Positions 50,033-62,230 of a DNA stretch of 64,000 nt are shown in pieces. The DNA lies in NCBI GenBank assembly GCA_031835245.2, contig JAVKOQ020000028.1:248001-312000 (forward strand), in the 5' to 3' direction. The position numbers and the translations under genes were made by a program. Every line of letters begins with the position of its first letter. The first letter of the stretch is position 1. This DNA comes from Balamuthia mandrillaris (taxonomy: Eukaryota). The notes beneath the pieces were generated by a model. The model was not told the DNA's origin and made no database searches. It worked only from the letters and a program-made list of their open reading frames with translations.

Positions 50033-52109
50033 GTTCTCTCATTGTTCTCTTCTTTCTTTTCGCTTCATGATTAACATGCCTTTAAAACAAACAAAACAAC
50101 GAACACCATCACATGACCCCAGTTAACGATCAAAGTAGGTTGGCTGAAGTTCAACGGGAAACTGTTGGTCAAAAAGCCAAAAAAAGAAGGAGACAACAAA
50201 AATAAAACAAGCGATGTCAAAGACAGCAAAGACAAAGCAGTTGCTGCAGCGTTGTTGAACAAAGGCTCCAGTGGAGGAAGCAGATCCAGTCTAACCGTTC
50301 CAGGAAGAATCGGCAGCAAGGAAGTTCTACAGCTCAACGGTGAGGAATACCAGCTCGTCACTGCTGATGTGCTTTCTGAAGCGGAAACCGAGGCGTATAG
50401 CGATGGACATACTACCGTCACCGTTAGTTTTCCGCATCTCTGTTCTCTGCTCTCTCCCCCTCTCTGTCCTCTACTCTTGGCTAACAAATTATTACAAAAC
50501 AGTTTTCATCTGATGAAGAGCATGACGAACAGATTGCCGAGGAAGAAGCAGAAGAAGCCCTACCCACCACAAACAAAACAAGAGCACGTTCTTCATCCAC
50601 TGCATCGTCGGATGACACCTCTTCAAAAACCCAAGACACACCAACAAAATCCAAGTCAGCAAAGAAGAAGGAAAAGGAAGAAAAGCTACAGTCTAGCGGC
50701 TCTTTGAAAATCCCCCGTTTGAGCCCGAGACCAGATGAAGCTACAGAAGTACGAACACTGGAACTGGAAAAAGAGTTGGAAGCTGCTCTAGCCAATCTCA
50801 AGCGTGAAAGAGATGCCAGACAAGAGCTAGAAAAGCAACTCGATGCAAAAGAGGCTGCCTTGAATACTCTAAAAGAAGAAAATCGAAAAGCCGAAAAGCA
50901 AAAAGAGGAGGAATTGAAAGGTATGCATTCGGTTATAGAAAAGTTGCAGGAACAAGTGGAAAAGCTAAAGAAACAAGCGAATGACAAAGAAAAGAAGACG
51001 AAGAAGAAGGAAGCGAAAGGAGACAAAGAGCTACAAAAGAAGAACGAGGAGCTCGCTTCAGCTCTGGAAAAAGTGAAGCACGAAGTGGAAAGAGAAAAAG
51101 AAGAAGTGACTAAGTACAAACAAGAATTGGAGAGGCAAAAGAAAGAAAACGAGAGAGCGGAAAAGGATAGGAAAGAGGCAGCAAAGGAAATGGAAGCAGA
51201 GATCAAGAAGCTGCAGAAAGAGTTGACGAAGCAAGAGAAAAAAGAAAAGAAAGATAGAAAGAAAGAAGCAAGCGAAAAAGCAGAAGAAGCAGAGAAGCTA
51301 AAGTCGGAAATGGCAAAAGTGGAACAGGAACTCGCCAAATGGAAAGACTGCTGTAAGGATTTGGAACAACAAAAGAAAGAAGTGGATGAAGCGGTTGCCG
51401 CCCATAAAGCCACCATAACGTCTCTTCAAAGCGCTGCTGCGGTTTGTTTCTGTTTCATACCTTCATCTCTCTCTCTCCTCAGTTTCTCGTTCTCTTCTTT
51501 GTTTCTTCTCCAACTTAATCATAATAACGGAACCAAAAGGAAAGAGAGGCAACAAAGCAAAAGCAAGAAAGCGCGGCATCCCACCATCCATCACAAACAT
51601 TTGATGGCAAAAAGGCGCTAAAGGATGATGAGTTGCAAGTAGAACTGAATCGCCTTCGTAAAGCTCAAGACAAGGCCGAAGCCGAAATCGCAGAACTTAA
51701 AAACTTGTTGTCGTCTCGTACGAAAGAACTGGAACATCTCAAAACATCTTCTTCTCAACCACAGCCAAAAGAAATGGAAGAAAGAATAGCACAAGACGAA
51801 GCAGAAAACGAAGAAGTAAGAGCTTTAGGTTTGCGGAAACGAGGAAAACATCAGCGAAGAAGAGCAGAAGATGAAGAAGACAGTTTCAGCAGCGAAGAAG
51901 ATGTAGACAGCGAGCTTTTAACAGGTTCTTCTGAAGAAGATTTAGAAGGAGACGAAGCCACTTTCTTTGTGCCACAAGAAAGACATCTGTTCACTCCTTT
52001 GGTAGAGGCTTGGATAGATAGCGCAGCGTCAGATACGGCTTCTTCGTTGCGCGTCTGGTGGGTTGCCATCGCCATCGTCTCTGCTTTGCTACTCTGGAGA
52101 ATTCTTTGA
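49125..52109 (+). CDS. NT-C2 (EEIG1/EHBP1-type) domain protein with coiled coil and C-terminal TM anchor (multi-exon)
   Basis: MFKKRHKVKVSVEVELRSV..VFVEWKKG..AAWYGESF..STL..FDTKK..VGKAVLDLA. K/E coiled coil at 50750-51720. Terminal VWWVAIAIVSALLLWRIL*. Confidence 0.8.
49808..50030. repeat. (CT)n/(CTGT) compound microsatellite, intronic
   Basis: Direct inspection. Confidence 0.9.
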
Positions 52110-52130
52110 TGAACTCTCTCTTCACTCTAC

Positions 52131-52173
<43 letters not shown>

Positions 52174-52548
52174 TCGGCTCTTTGTCTCTCTTTGTTTGTA
52201 ACCCTGCTCAAAAAGTCTTATTAAACTGACTTTCGTGTAATATTGCGCTGAAAGCGAAAGAGCTCATATCATTAATTTTGCTCGAACGTGCCCGCTCTTC
52301 AAGAGGTAGCACAGTGCCAAGTTCTCAGAAAAGACGGGGCGCACGTAGTCGATGCATAAATTGAAAAAATTTCCAATACACGTGCCTGGAGCTTTGCTGA
52401 GAGAGAGAGAGAGAACGACGAGATATCTACAATAAGCAAACAACAATGGGCAAGGACCAAGAATAGAGAAAGTGGGGTGGGAGAGAAAGATTAGAGAGCA
52501 AGAGAGGAGTTTTAAAGTTCTTAAATCCACAAAAAGGCCTCAAAGAGC

Positions 52549-53842
52549 TTATGAAATGGTGCCAGCAATGCTGTCTGGCTTGCAGACGCCTTTGCTGGTC
52601 ATAAAGGGGATCTCCTTGTCCCCATCAACAAATACTGCCACCAAGTCTTTGTTTGTACGCAAATGCTATTCGTATTGCAGTCGTTAGAATTTGCAAGGCA
52701 TTTTTTAAAAATATAAGATCGAAAGAAAGGAATAGAAGAAGCAGAGAGAAGAGAGAAGAGCGGAGAGAGCGGAGGGGGAGAGAGAGAGAGAGAGAAAGTA
52801 TACCGGTTTAAGGTTATCAAAAGTCTTCTTCTTGGGATTAAGCTGTGCCTCAGGTTCTCCAAGATGAGAATAGCCTTCAAAGGTGATGCGCTCGCCATTG
52901 GGCACGCCTTCAGGTGGGTGAATCAGCTCCACTTGAGAGTGATCCTCGTTGCTCGCACAAAGCACCATGGCCTCGCTAAGAACACCCCTCATCTTGGCAG
53001 GCTTCAGATTGCAAAGACAAAGTACTCTCGCTCCGATCATCTTCTCCAACGGCACAAACCTAACCAGACCGCTGACAACAGTTCTAGGCTTCTCCTCTCC
53101 CACATCGATTTGTTCTAGGTAGAGGGCATCGGCGTCGGGGTGCTTCTGACAGTTAACAATGGTGCCCACGCGTACATCAATCTTGGCAATGTCTGGTAGC
53201 TCGGCTAAAGAGTCTAGGTGAGAACAAGAGAAATAGAGCGAAGAGAACGAGATAGAAAGACAAGTACCAGCTTTGGGGGCAGGCTGCTTTCCACCTTTGC
53301 CTTTGCCCTTGGCCTGGCCTTGAGCTTGGCCTTTACCTTTACCTTTGCCCACAGCTTCACCAGCAGCAGTAGGAGCGGCTTTCTCTTCACCTTGCTTTTG
53401 TTTCTCAGGCTCTTCTTGCTGGTTGCCCTTCTTGCCGCCCTTCTGTTGTTGTTGCTTGCCTTTTTCTCCCTGCTTGCCACCCTTGGCTTTGTCATCCTGC
53501 TTCTGCACATTGAGAAAAAATAAAGAGGAAGAATTGAGTCACTTAAAAACAAAAAAAGAAAAACCAACCATAAGAGAGAAACAAATAAAAAGAAACAAAA
53601 AAGCAAAAATAATAAAATACACCAAACAATAATACAAAAAGGACTTACTGCGGCCAAAGGTGCGTTCAAAGGAAACTCAATGACGGAAAGACCTGCCGCA
53701 GTAGCCACAGACGGTTGGTGCTGAACGAGGTCAAACCAACGAGTGACGTTGCAAAGGCTCACTGTCTTGGTTTTTTCGTCCAACGCTTCCTGTTTATCAA
53801 ACGAAAAAAGTGAATACGTTTGTTACAATAAAGAGTAGTGGA

Positions 53843-53882
<40 letters not shown>

Positions 53883-54478
53883 CAAGAAAGTAAATAGAGA
53901 GAAAGTAACCATGAGAGGGTGAACGGCTGTGTAGAGGGCAACATCGGCAGCAGTGAGGTGGTTGGAAACAAGGAACGTTCGTGTGAGAAGGTGCTTCTGC
54001 ACGGTATTCAGCTTGGGGAGGTGCTTCTTGGCGTCGAAGCCGGCGCTGGTGTCTCCCAGCTCAGCGGTAGGGAAGGCCAACCATTCCTCCACCTCTTGCT
54101 TCTGCTCTGCCGTTTGCCCAAGCAACCGCGCTTCCTGAGACAGAGAAGCAGCAGCGCTGAGAACGGCAACCGCTCCACTGACAGGTTTGTCACCAGCACC
54201 AATCAAGGCTGGGGTCTGATTGAAGCGAGTGAGTGAGGGAGAGAAGTAGCTGCAGCAGTTAGTGCTCCAGGCTCACAGAAAAAAAAACAACTTTAAAAAA
54301 ATAACAGTACCTCGGCTTCAGTGGCGCTGGTGGAGACGCTCAAGGTTTTGTTTTGGAGGGCAGCAAGTGCTTTGGCGGCTTGGCCCAAAGATTTGTGGAG
54401 GGGCTGCTGAGCGTCAATATGGAGCGTCACGGAGGGGCCTCCTACGATGGCCTCTGCTGCTTTCCTTAAAACCTCCAT
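52549..54478 (-). CDS. Arc1p/AIMP1-like aminoacyl-tRNA synthetase cofactor (GST-C-like + EMAP II tRNA-binding domain; multi-exon)
   Basis: GST-like LLGQTAEQKQEVEEWL, HLLTRTFLVSNHLTAADVALY and NVTRWFDLVQH. tRNA-binding IDVRVGTIV..HPDADALYLEQIDVGEEKPRTVVSGL..CNLKPAKMRGVLSEAMVLCAS. Confidence 0.9.
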
Positions 54479-54773
54479 TGTTGTTTGTCGTGGGGCGGTG
54501 CAACTCAAACTCTAGAGAGACTGAACGTTTCTAATAGAAAGCAAAGGGACTAAGCCTCTGTTTTATCTTTGGGTTTTTTCGACAATAATTTGACAAAAAT
54601 TATTTCTGCGATTTTTCTTGGATAACATATTACACATTCCTTGCACCTCCCTCAAATTCTTTTCTCCTTAAACCACTCTCTTTGAAGCTCTCTCCCTCTT
54701 TGCAACCTGTTCAGGCCATGAGAAGAGATGGAAGAGATGGAAAGGAGAGAGATGGAAAGAGCGGAATTGTCAA

Positions 54774-55157
54774 TCAATCAGAAAAGTAATCACCATCCAG
54801 GTCCACTCCTCGCGCTTGGACGGCGAGAGGGTGTTGTCCTGAGCGAGTGTCACAGGTGTAGTGCCCTTCGACGGAGGAGTACACCACCTTTGGATGCCCC
54901 TTATTGGGTGTGATGGTGAAGCTGATGGTCAAGTTGCCGCCGTCCTCCTGCCAACTCCCGCTCTTGACCTTTCTTCGAATGTTGGCGGGGTATTCGGCTC
55001 GCCCAGAGACAGAACCGTCTCTCTTCAAGTGGAGCTCCACAAATGAAGGACAAGGAGGTTCGCTAGGATGGTTGCTGTTGAATGAGGCAGCATCAGCAAG
55101 GATATGAAACGATCGTGTGGTGGTGATGTTCTGCAGCGTCTTGGTAATGGTTTTCAT
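54774..55157 (-). CDS. Small hypothetical beta-rich protein (127 aa)
   Basis: Intronless ORF from an ATG preceded by an A-run. Normal amino-acid composition (VELHLKRDGSVSG..SGSWQEDGGNLTISF). No family recognised. Confidence 0.55.
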   Translation of the reverse strand: MKTITKTLQNITTTRSFHILADAASFNSNHPSEPPCPSFVELHLKRDGSVSGRAEYPANIRRKVKSGSWQEDGGNLTISFTITPNKGHPKVVYSSVEGHYTCDTRSGQHPLAVQARGVDLDGDYFSD

Positions 55158-57292
55158 TTTTGGCTGTGTCTTGCGAAGAACCAAAAAAAAAATTTCTCTC
55201 TAGGGGGTAGACAAAACCAAGATAACACGTCACGCATTCCCCCTTTGTCTCTGTGAGAAAAATACACGACTCCTCCATACTTTTGTCCACCCTGCGGCGC
55301 TTCCCGGGGAAGAAAAATTTTTGGTTCCATGACAGCTGACGTCAGACCAGACAAAAAAGGAAAATTTTAAGGTGGGTCGAATAATGAAAAGTTGCAAAAA
55401 ATCGAAAAATTTGAAGAGAAAATTGGAGGAGGGGACGCAAAGTCAGAAAAAAAAAAAAAACAAAAAGGGGAGGTGGTTGGTTGGTTGATTTGTGGGGGGC
55501 TTTCGCACAAGTCCTTTCTACCCTCCCGCCCCATTCTGTTTGGAATTTTTGCTTTGGCTTGGTGGGCAACAAAGCCATTGCTTGTTTTTCGTTACTTTTC
55601 TTGCGTCTTTGCCCTCCTTTTCCCCCCTCCCGGACCAAGTGGATTGATTTGATTGCAAGGTAAAGTGGATCAACAAAACAAAAAGGGGTGGAGGAGCTAC
55701 GTCACTGACAGTAGTTCTTTCTTTACAGGATTGCTTACCTGCTCGACAAGACGTTCCCTGCTTGTTGGGTTGGTCTCCTCTCTGTTTTGTCCCCCTTTCT
55801 TTTTTTTTTTGCTTTTTTTCTTTTCCCTTCTCTCGTTTTTCTTATTTCGCATCCCTGTTCTTCTCTCGCTGACCCAACTTTTTTTGAACCTCTCCAAACC
55901 ACAACACTGCAGCTGGAGCAGCCAGGTTTCTAGATCTACCACTTTTAATCCTGGATCTCTTTTCACGGCCATAACCATCGTACGTCAGGAAGACGGTGAC
56001 GGTGGTACTTCTTGGGTTCGTACTTTCACTCCCGCGTTGGTCTTTGAGTAGTGTGTTGGTGGAGGTGGAGGTGGAGAGGGCTGTGGTGTCATTTGTGAAA
56101 AATCTCTCTTTTCTTACGTCCAAGTCAACCGTAACCAATCTCCAGTTGGAATTATTTGGGGGGCAGGGAACGAGACAAACCCACAACGAGCAGCAAAGCT
56201 TTGGGGTTGTCCACCCCAGAACCAGAAAGGCTGGAATCGTTTTCTTTTTTCAACTTCAACAACTCCTCCTCCTCGCAACAACACAGCTATCCCTTTCCTT
56301 TGGACGAGGAACTCTGCCCTGAACAGCAGCCATCACCGCAGCAACAACGCTCCTCTTTCTCTCACTCCCTTTGTTCATATCCGCCACAGCGCCCGCAGCA
56401 TTCCCATCAACTGCCTTTCGCCCCGGCAGAGCCTCACGAACAATTGTGTCACTCTCCTCCTCTTCCTCCTCCTCCTCCTCCCCATCAACTTCCTTCCGCT
56501 GAGCATTCCAGTTCGACTTCCGCTCCTATCATTGCTGCAGCCGTCGCCGCCCTTCCTGTTCCCCAACTCCAAGTAAGCCCTTCTTCACCGATCGCTCCGC
56601 GTCGCTTCTCACACTCATACGCTATCCCTCCGGCACGTTACCTCCAACATCAATACCTCCAGCGCCATCATCACTCATTTCACACTCCCCACTTCGCCCC
56701 TCAACAACCCAAGCACCATCGTCCCCACCGCAGCAACAGCACACAACACGTTCAATACTGTCCCAACCAACAACAAACACATCCTACTTTTCTCGATTTC
56801 GACGGGACCTATTATTGCCTGAACGAGGAGTCTTCAGCTTCGGTCTCCCCTTCTTCGTCTCTATCTTCCTCTGTGCCTTCCTATCTATCCTGTTCTCCGC
56901 TTTCAACCTCGGAGCCTATCACCCCATCTTGTCTGCCCAGAGGAACAAACCTTCAACAACAGCAACAGCAACAACACTTCCACCCCAACCACTTTGTAAA
57001 CCACCACCTTGCCGATCGTTCGCTTAAGCGCAAGCGACTAAGTTCTTCGGGCGTTGGAACAGGAGACAACAAAGGGAAAGCTTTTCGCGCTGTCCATCGA
57101 ACTTCTCTTTCGTCCGCTAAGGGAAAAGAAGAACACCAACAGCTACCAACCGAGGAGGAGGAGGAGGAGGAGGAGGAGGAGGAGGAAGAAGAAGAAGGAG
57201 GAGAACAAGAAGAAGAATCAGAAGAGGAAAGAGAAAGAGAAAGGGACGGACAAAACAGCTTTTACTACAGTAATACGCATTTAATTCACACA

Positions 57293-60200
57293 ATGGGAGC
57301 GGTCAACACAAAACTTTGGGAAGCCGTCGAGGATAACGACCTACCAGCCCTTTATCAAGTTCTGGAACACAAAGAAGTGGATGTGAACCATTTCAAAGAG
57401 TTTCCCCACACTTCTTCCACAAACAAACTGTTAGATATGAAGCTCAGCGTGAATCTCAAGCACTTGAAACACGTGGACAAGGACTGGTACACCCCACTCC
57501 ATTGGGCCGCTAAACAAGGGCAACGAGAGATGGTCAAGTTGTTGCTAGTCCATGGTGCCATTAAAAACCAAAAGGCGTTGCACGAGCGTTATGGTATCAA
57601 CGAAATTAATGAGCCTTCTTCCGAAGCTGGTACTACTTTTCTTTCTTCTATCTTTTGTTTTTAGCCTTTCATTATTTTTGCGGTTTTCTCACATCTCTTT
57701 TTCTGCTTTCTTCCTGATGATCTATTGTTTGCACGTTCCAATCGTCCTATTCAGGAAAATGTCCAGCAATGCAAACGTTGGCCGAAGGAGGAGAACACAA
57801 ACATTATTATCTTAAATACGAACAATACACACCGCTTTACTATGCCTGCAAACGAGGCCATCCAGAGCTTGTTCTTGATATACTCTTCCATCATACGGGT
57901 CGCCCCTTCCCTGAAATGGAGACCCTTCTCTATGAACAACGTGATCGCGTGGCTCAGCTCTTGATTGAACACAAAGCCGATTTTCGGCTGTGTGTACGTG
58001 CTCATCTATTTTCTCTCTTTTTGTCTTCTCTCAGTTTCTTTTTAACTTACTGATATGAATATATTTCTATAGTTGTGTCAAGCAGCACGTCAAGGAGAGT
58101 ATCCAGTGGTACAATTTCACCTCCTCCCTACTTCTTCCTCTTTCCCTCTCCTTGTCTCTCCTTGTCTTTCCTTTTCTCTTCTCTCTTGGACATATTACTG
58201 AACATTGCGTGGTATGTTTTATGACAGGCTTCATTGCTGCTGATGATGGGAGCAGACCCCAACGGAGCACCTGCTGAAACTGTGGAGCGCATAGTGATAG
58301 AACGGAGACCTCCCCTTGAAGACATTCGAGTTCCTCCTGTGGCTCTTCGCCACCGGCCTTTGATGCAGGCTTGCTGGGGCGGACATGTACATATAGTCAA
58401 ATTACTATTACAATATTACGCAAAGGTTACCGATGATGAGGTTTGTTCTATTTGAATCAGCTATTTCTAATTGCTTGTTTGTTTGTTTTCACTTTTTTTT
58501 TAAAAAAAATTTGCTCTCTGTATACAACACAGATAAACGCAGCATTTGACGGAGATCATAGGGAAATAGCAACTCTTCTGCTGGAAGCAAAAGACCAACA
58601 GCGAGGAGGGACTTCTGTTTTGGACGATGAGCATTCGGCAAACTACGTGCAGCCACAACGGTCTCGTCCGCAGCAACAAGTGCAGCAGGCTACCCTTTCT
58701 ACCTCTCAGACCAATACAGCGAGCTATCCAGTGTTGAATAATGGAGCGACTCCTGCACAATATCACCAAGATTTCACGCCTTCTTATCACGAGACCAACC
58801 GACAGCAGCAAACACAACAACCCTCCCCGAGAGGGCCACGAAGGGACAGCAATGCATCCTCCTCATTAAGCGTGGAGGAATACAGCACCTACCCTCCTGC
58901 TACCTCTGCTTCCGCTTCCGCTTCATATGCCCCGCCACCACCAGAGCATGCTCAATACTTGGAAGATGGGAACTTAATAGGTTCAACTGGGCACGGAAAC
59001 GATTTGAACTCAATCCAGGTACAAGTGGACACCAACTCCGACCCTCACCAACACCACAACCAACCTCAGTTGGGTGAACTCTTGGATGAGACGTATGCCG
59101 CCGGCGAAAACTCTTACACTCCTTCCTCTTTGCACATACCTCTCCAACCTGAGCCGCTCTATCAGCAACACCAAGGTGGCGCCAGTAGTATGCACAGTCC
59201 ACAACAACCGCCCCGCGCGTTAACGCCATCTCCTCGTGCTCATTCACCTCTCTATCCTTCTCATGTTCGTGGACAGCAGCCACAACAGCAGTTGCAATCT
59301 CATTTGCATACGCCTTTGCAACCGCTGCGAGAACGGGCTCAGTCGCAGGACCGCATGACCCTATCCTCCTCTTCATCTTCCAACTTTAACAACAACAGTC
59401 AACACCTCAATCATCGGCCAAGTTTACAAGAAGAGCAACTGTCAGACCACCATTCACCTGGAGACTCTCGCAGCAGCCTTGCAACAGCCGATTTTGACGC
59501 ATCTTCTTCCATCTTTGAGCACCGGCGTTCGCGGTCGGATGAGCCATCCTTCATACGAACTGCGGAAAGCTCGCAACCAGTCAACAACACACCTTATGAG
59601 CAACAGCACCGAACGTTAGAACAACAACCACAACAGCAACAGCAACAGCAACAACAATACCAGATCTACCCTCACTTTGATCCTTACCAACAACCCCAAC
59701 AAACGTCCGCCTCCTCGTCCCTTCCTTACCAACCGCAAGCGCCTTCCTACCCCCATCAGTATCAACAGCGACAACAGCAAACTAGCCCACCGCCCTATCC
59801 TGGCATGGGCAGTGGTGATGCTTCTTCGTCTTCATCTAGCCAAGCAATGCTACGTCAGTATCAACAACACCAACAAGCTTACAATCATCCTTCGTCTCCC
59901 CTCAGACCTACACCTTCCCAATCCAGTGGCTTAGCTCCCCAATTGGAGTTCCTGAGTTTGGAGGGACAGACCGGCCACTCTCCGCCTGCTTCCCCTTCTC
60001 ATTCCCCTTCACAACAGCAACAACCACTGCAACACCGGCCAAGTCAACAGCTGGTAGGCCTGTCCCCCATGCGTGTGCCTCCTTCGCCCGCCTCTCCTCC
60101 GTCGCCCATGCCAGTGCATCATCCTCACCATCCTTATGGTCCCCCACCCATGAATGCTGCTTATGACGTTCAAGCGCAAGCTTTAAAAGCACATGCTCAA

Positions 60201-61888
60201 GCGCAAGCGGCTCAAGTTCAAGCCCAGATTCAAGCTCGTGCCGCTCATCACGTTCAAATGCAGCAACAGCAACAAGAGCAGCAACGTCAACAGCAACAAC
60301 AAGCTCAAGTGGCCAGAATACAACAACAGGTACCTCCCCCCTTTAGAGAATATAATTGTTCTGTTCTTTCACATTGCTGTGCCCTCTTCTCTCTCTCTTC
60401 TCTCTCTCTCTCTCTCTCTCTTGCTTCTCTCCGACGTTCTCCTGCATCGGAGAAAATTAACTTTTCTGTGTTGCAACAGGCCTCTCCTCAACCAGCTTTG
60501 GACTATTATGGCGGCGGTGGAGGATTGGGTTTGGTGGAAATCGGAGCATTGGCTGCAGCTATGGCCAAGGAAGCACGGCAAGACTCGGCAGAAAGCAAGG
60601 AAAGAGCGCAGGTAACCACTGAGGATGGCTACGAGCTGGACTTTGACGAATTGGAAATAAGTAGAGAGATAGCTAGGGGTAGTTTCGGTATCGTTTACTT
60701 TGGTAAATTCAGAGGAACGGAAGTGGCTATCAAGAAACTTTTGAACCAGAAACTGACAAAGAAAGAACTGGACGAATTCAGCAGCGAAATCAATGTAATG
60801 AAGTGCGTACTTTCTTTCCTCTTTATTTTTCATTTTTTCATTTTGTTTTGGCACAAAACATCTGACATTGCTTTTCTTGGCAACCTCCAGAAAATTGCAT
60901 CACCCAAATGTGGTATGTATCTCCTTCTTTTCTCACAATCTATTTTTATATCATTCCAGCTTCGCGACTCATCACAATATTCTTTCAATAATAAAAATTA
61001 GTTGTTGCTTATGGGTGTGTGCCGCATTCCGCCGAACTTGTGCATGGTTACCGAGTTGATGACGGGCAGTCTCTGGGATTTGCTACACAAATCAAAGGGA
61101 CGACATGTGCAAATTTCTCTTAAGATGGCGATGGGCTTCATTCTTGACACCGCCAAAGGAATGGTTCGGTTTGGTGTTATGTTTTTGCTTTTGCTCCAAT
61201 TCTAACGTTCGTTTATTTTGGTGTTCAATGCAGAATTATTTACACTTGTTTAGGCCGCCAGTGTTGCATCGGGATCTCAAGACTCCTAATCTATTGGTGA
61301 TTCTCTTCTTCCACTCTTCTTTCATGACTCTGCGTTTCTAACTTCATTCTGGTTCTGTTTGGGGAATAAAAAAACATAGGTGGATTCTCACTTTAACGTA
61401 AAAATTGCTGACTTTGGACTAGCACGGCTTAAATCTCACATGATGACTGGCAATCTTGGTACTTGCCAATACATGGCTCCTGGTTTGTTTTCCCTTCTCT
61501 CATTTATATCTTTTATTTCTTTTTTGTTTTATTATTTGCTGTTGCTGCGTTGGTTTTTGTTTGTTTTGCTTCATTTCTTACAATATCAACTAACACCACC
61601 CGCCATTACATAACAGAGGTAATAAAAAGTGAGAGCTACTCCGAGTCAGCGGACGTGTACAGCTTTGGAATAGTGATGTGGGAGATCCTAACACGGCGTC
61701 CTCCTTTTCACGGCATGCAAACCATGCAGATTGCATACGGGGTGGTGCACAGCGGCCTTCGACCCCCCATACCGCCTTCCTGTCCTCCTCCTTTGGCCTG
61801 CCTCATGCAAGAATGTTGGCATCAGGATCCAAACAGAAGACCTTCTTTCTCCCATATTTTGGATCGCCTCAAAGCTATTCCTATCTGA
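57293..61888 (+). CDS. Ankyrin-repeat, Q/P-rich linker, TKL (Raf/MLK-like) protein kinase (multi-exon)
   Basis: Ankyrin motifs YTPLHWAAKQGQREMVKLLL, YTPLYYACKRGH and PLMQACWGGH. Kinase motifs ARGSFGIVYFG, EVAIK, HRDLKTPN, KIADFG, YMAPE, DVYSFG and CWHQDPNRRPSF. The start may lie further upstream. Confidence 0.88.
60349..60396 (+). repeat. Short dispersed repeat, copy 2, in a probable kinase intron
   Basis: Identical to the copy at 41796. Confidence 0.8.
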
Positions 61889-62023
61889 TTGCTTTGTTTT
61901 GAATTGTTCCCTCTGTGTTTTTTTTCTTTTTTGTTCTTGTTACAAAACAACATTACTCTTAAATAATTAAATTATTGTTTCGTTTACGTTTCTCTCTCCC
62001 TTTCCCTTGCTCGTTATCTCTTT

Positions 62024-62105
62024 CTCTCTGCTCTCTGCTCTCTGCTCTCTGCTCTCTGCTCTCTGCTCTCTGCTCTCTGCTCTCTGCTCTCTGCTCTCTG
62101 CTCTC
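62024..62105. repeat. (CTCTGCT)n heptamer repeat
   Basis: Direct inspection. Confidence 0.85.
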
Positions 62106-62230
62106 CCCTCTCTCCTCTCTCCTCTCCCCTCTCCTCTCCTTTCGCTCTGTTTCTTGCGCTCTCCTGTCTCCCGCATTTGTTGCTGTTGTCAATAATTTCA
62201 TCGTGGCGGAGGAAAAATTTTGTCCGAGAA

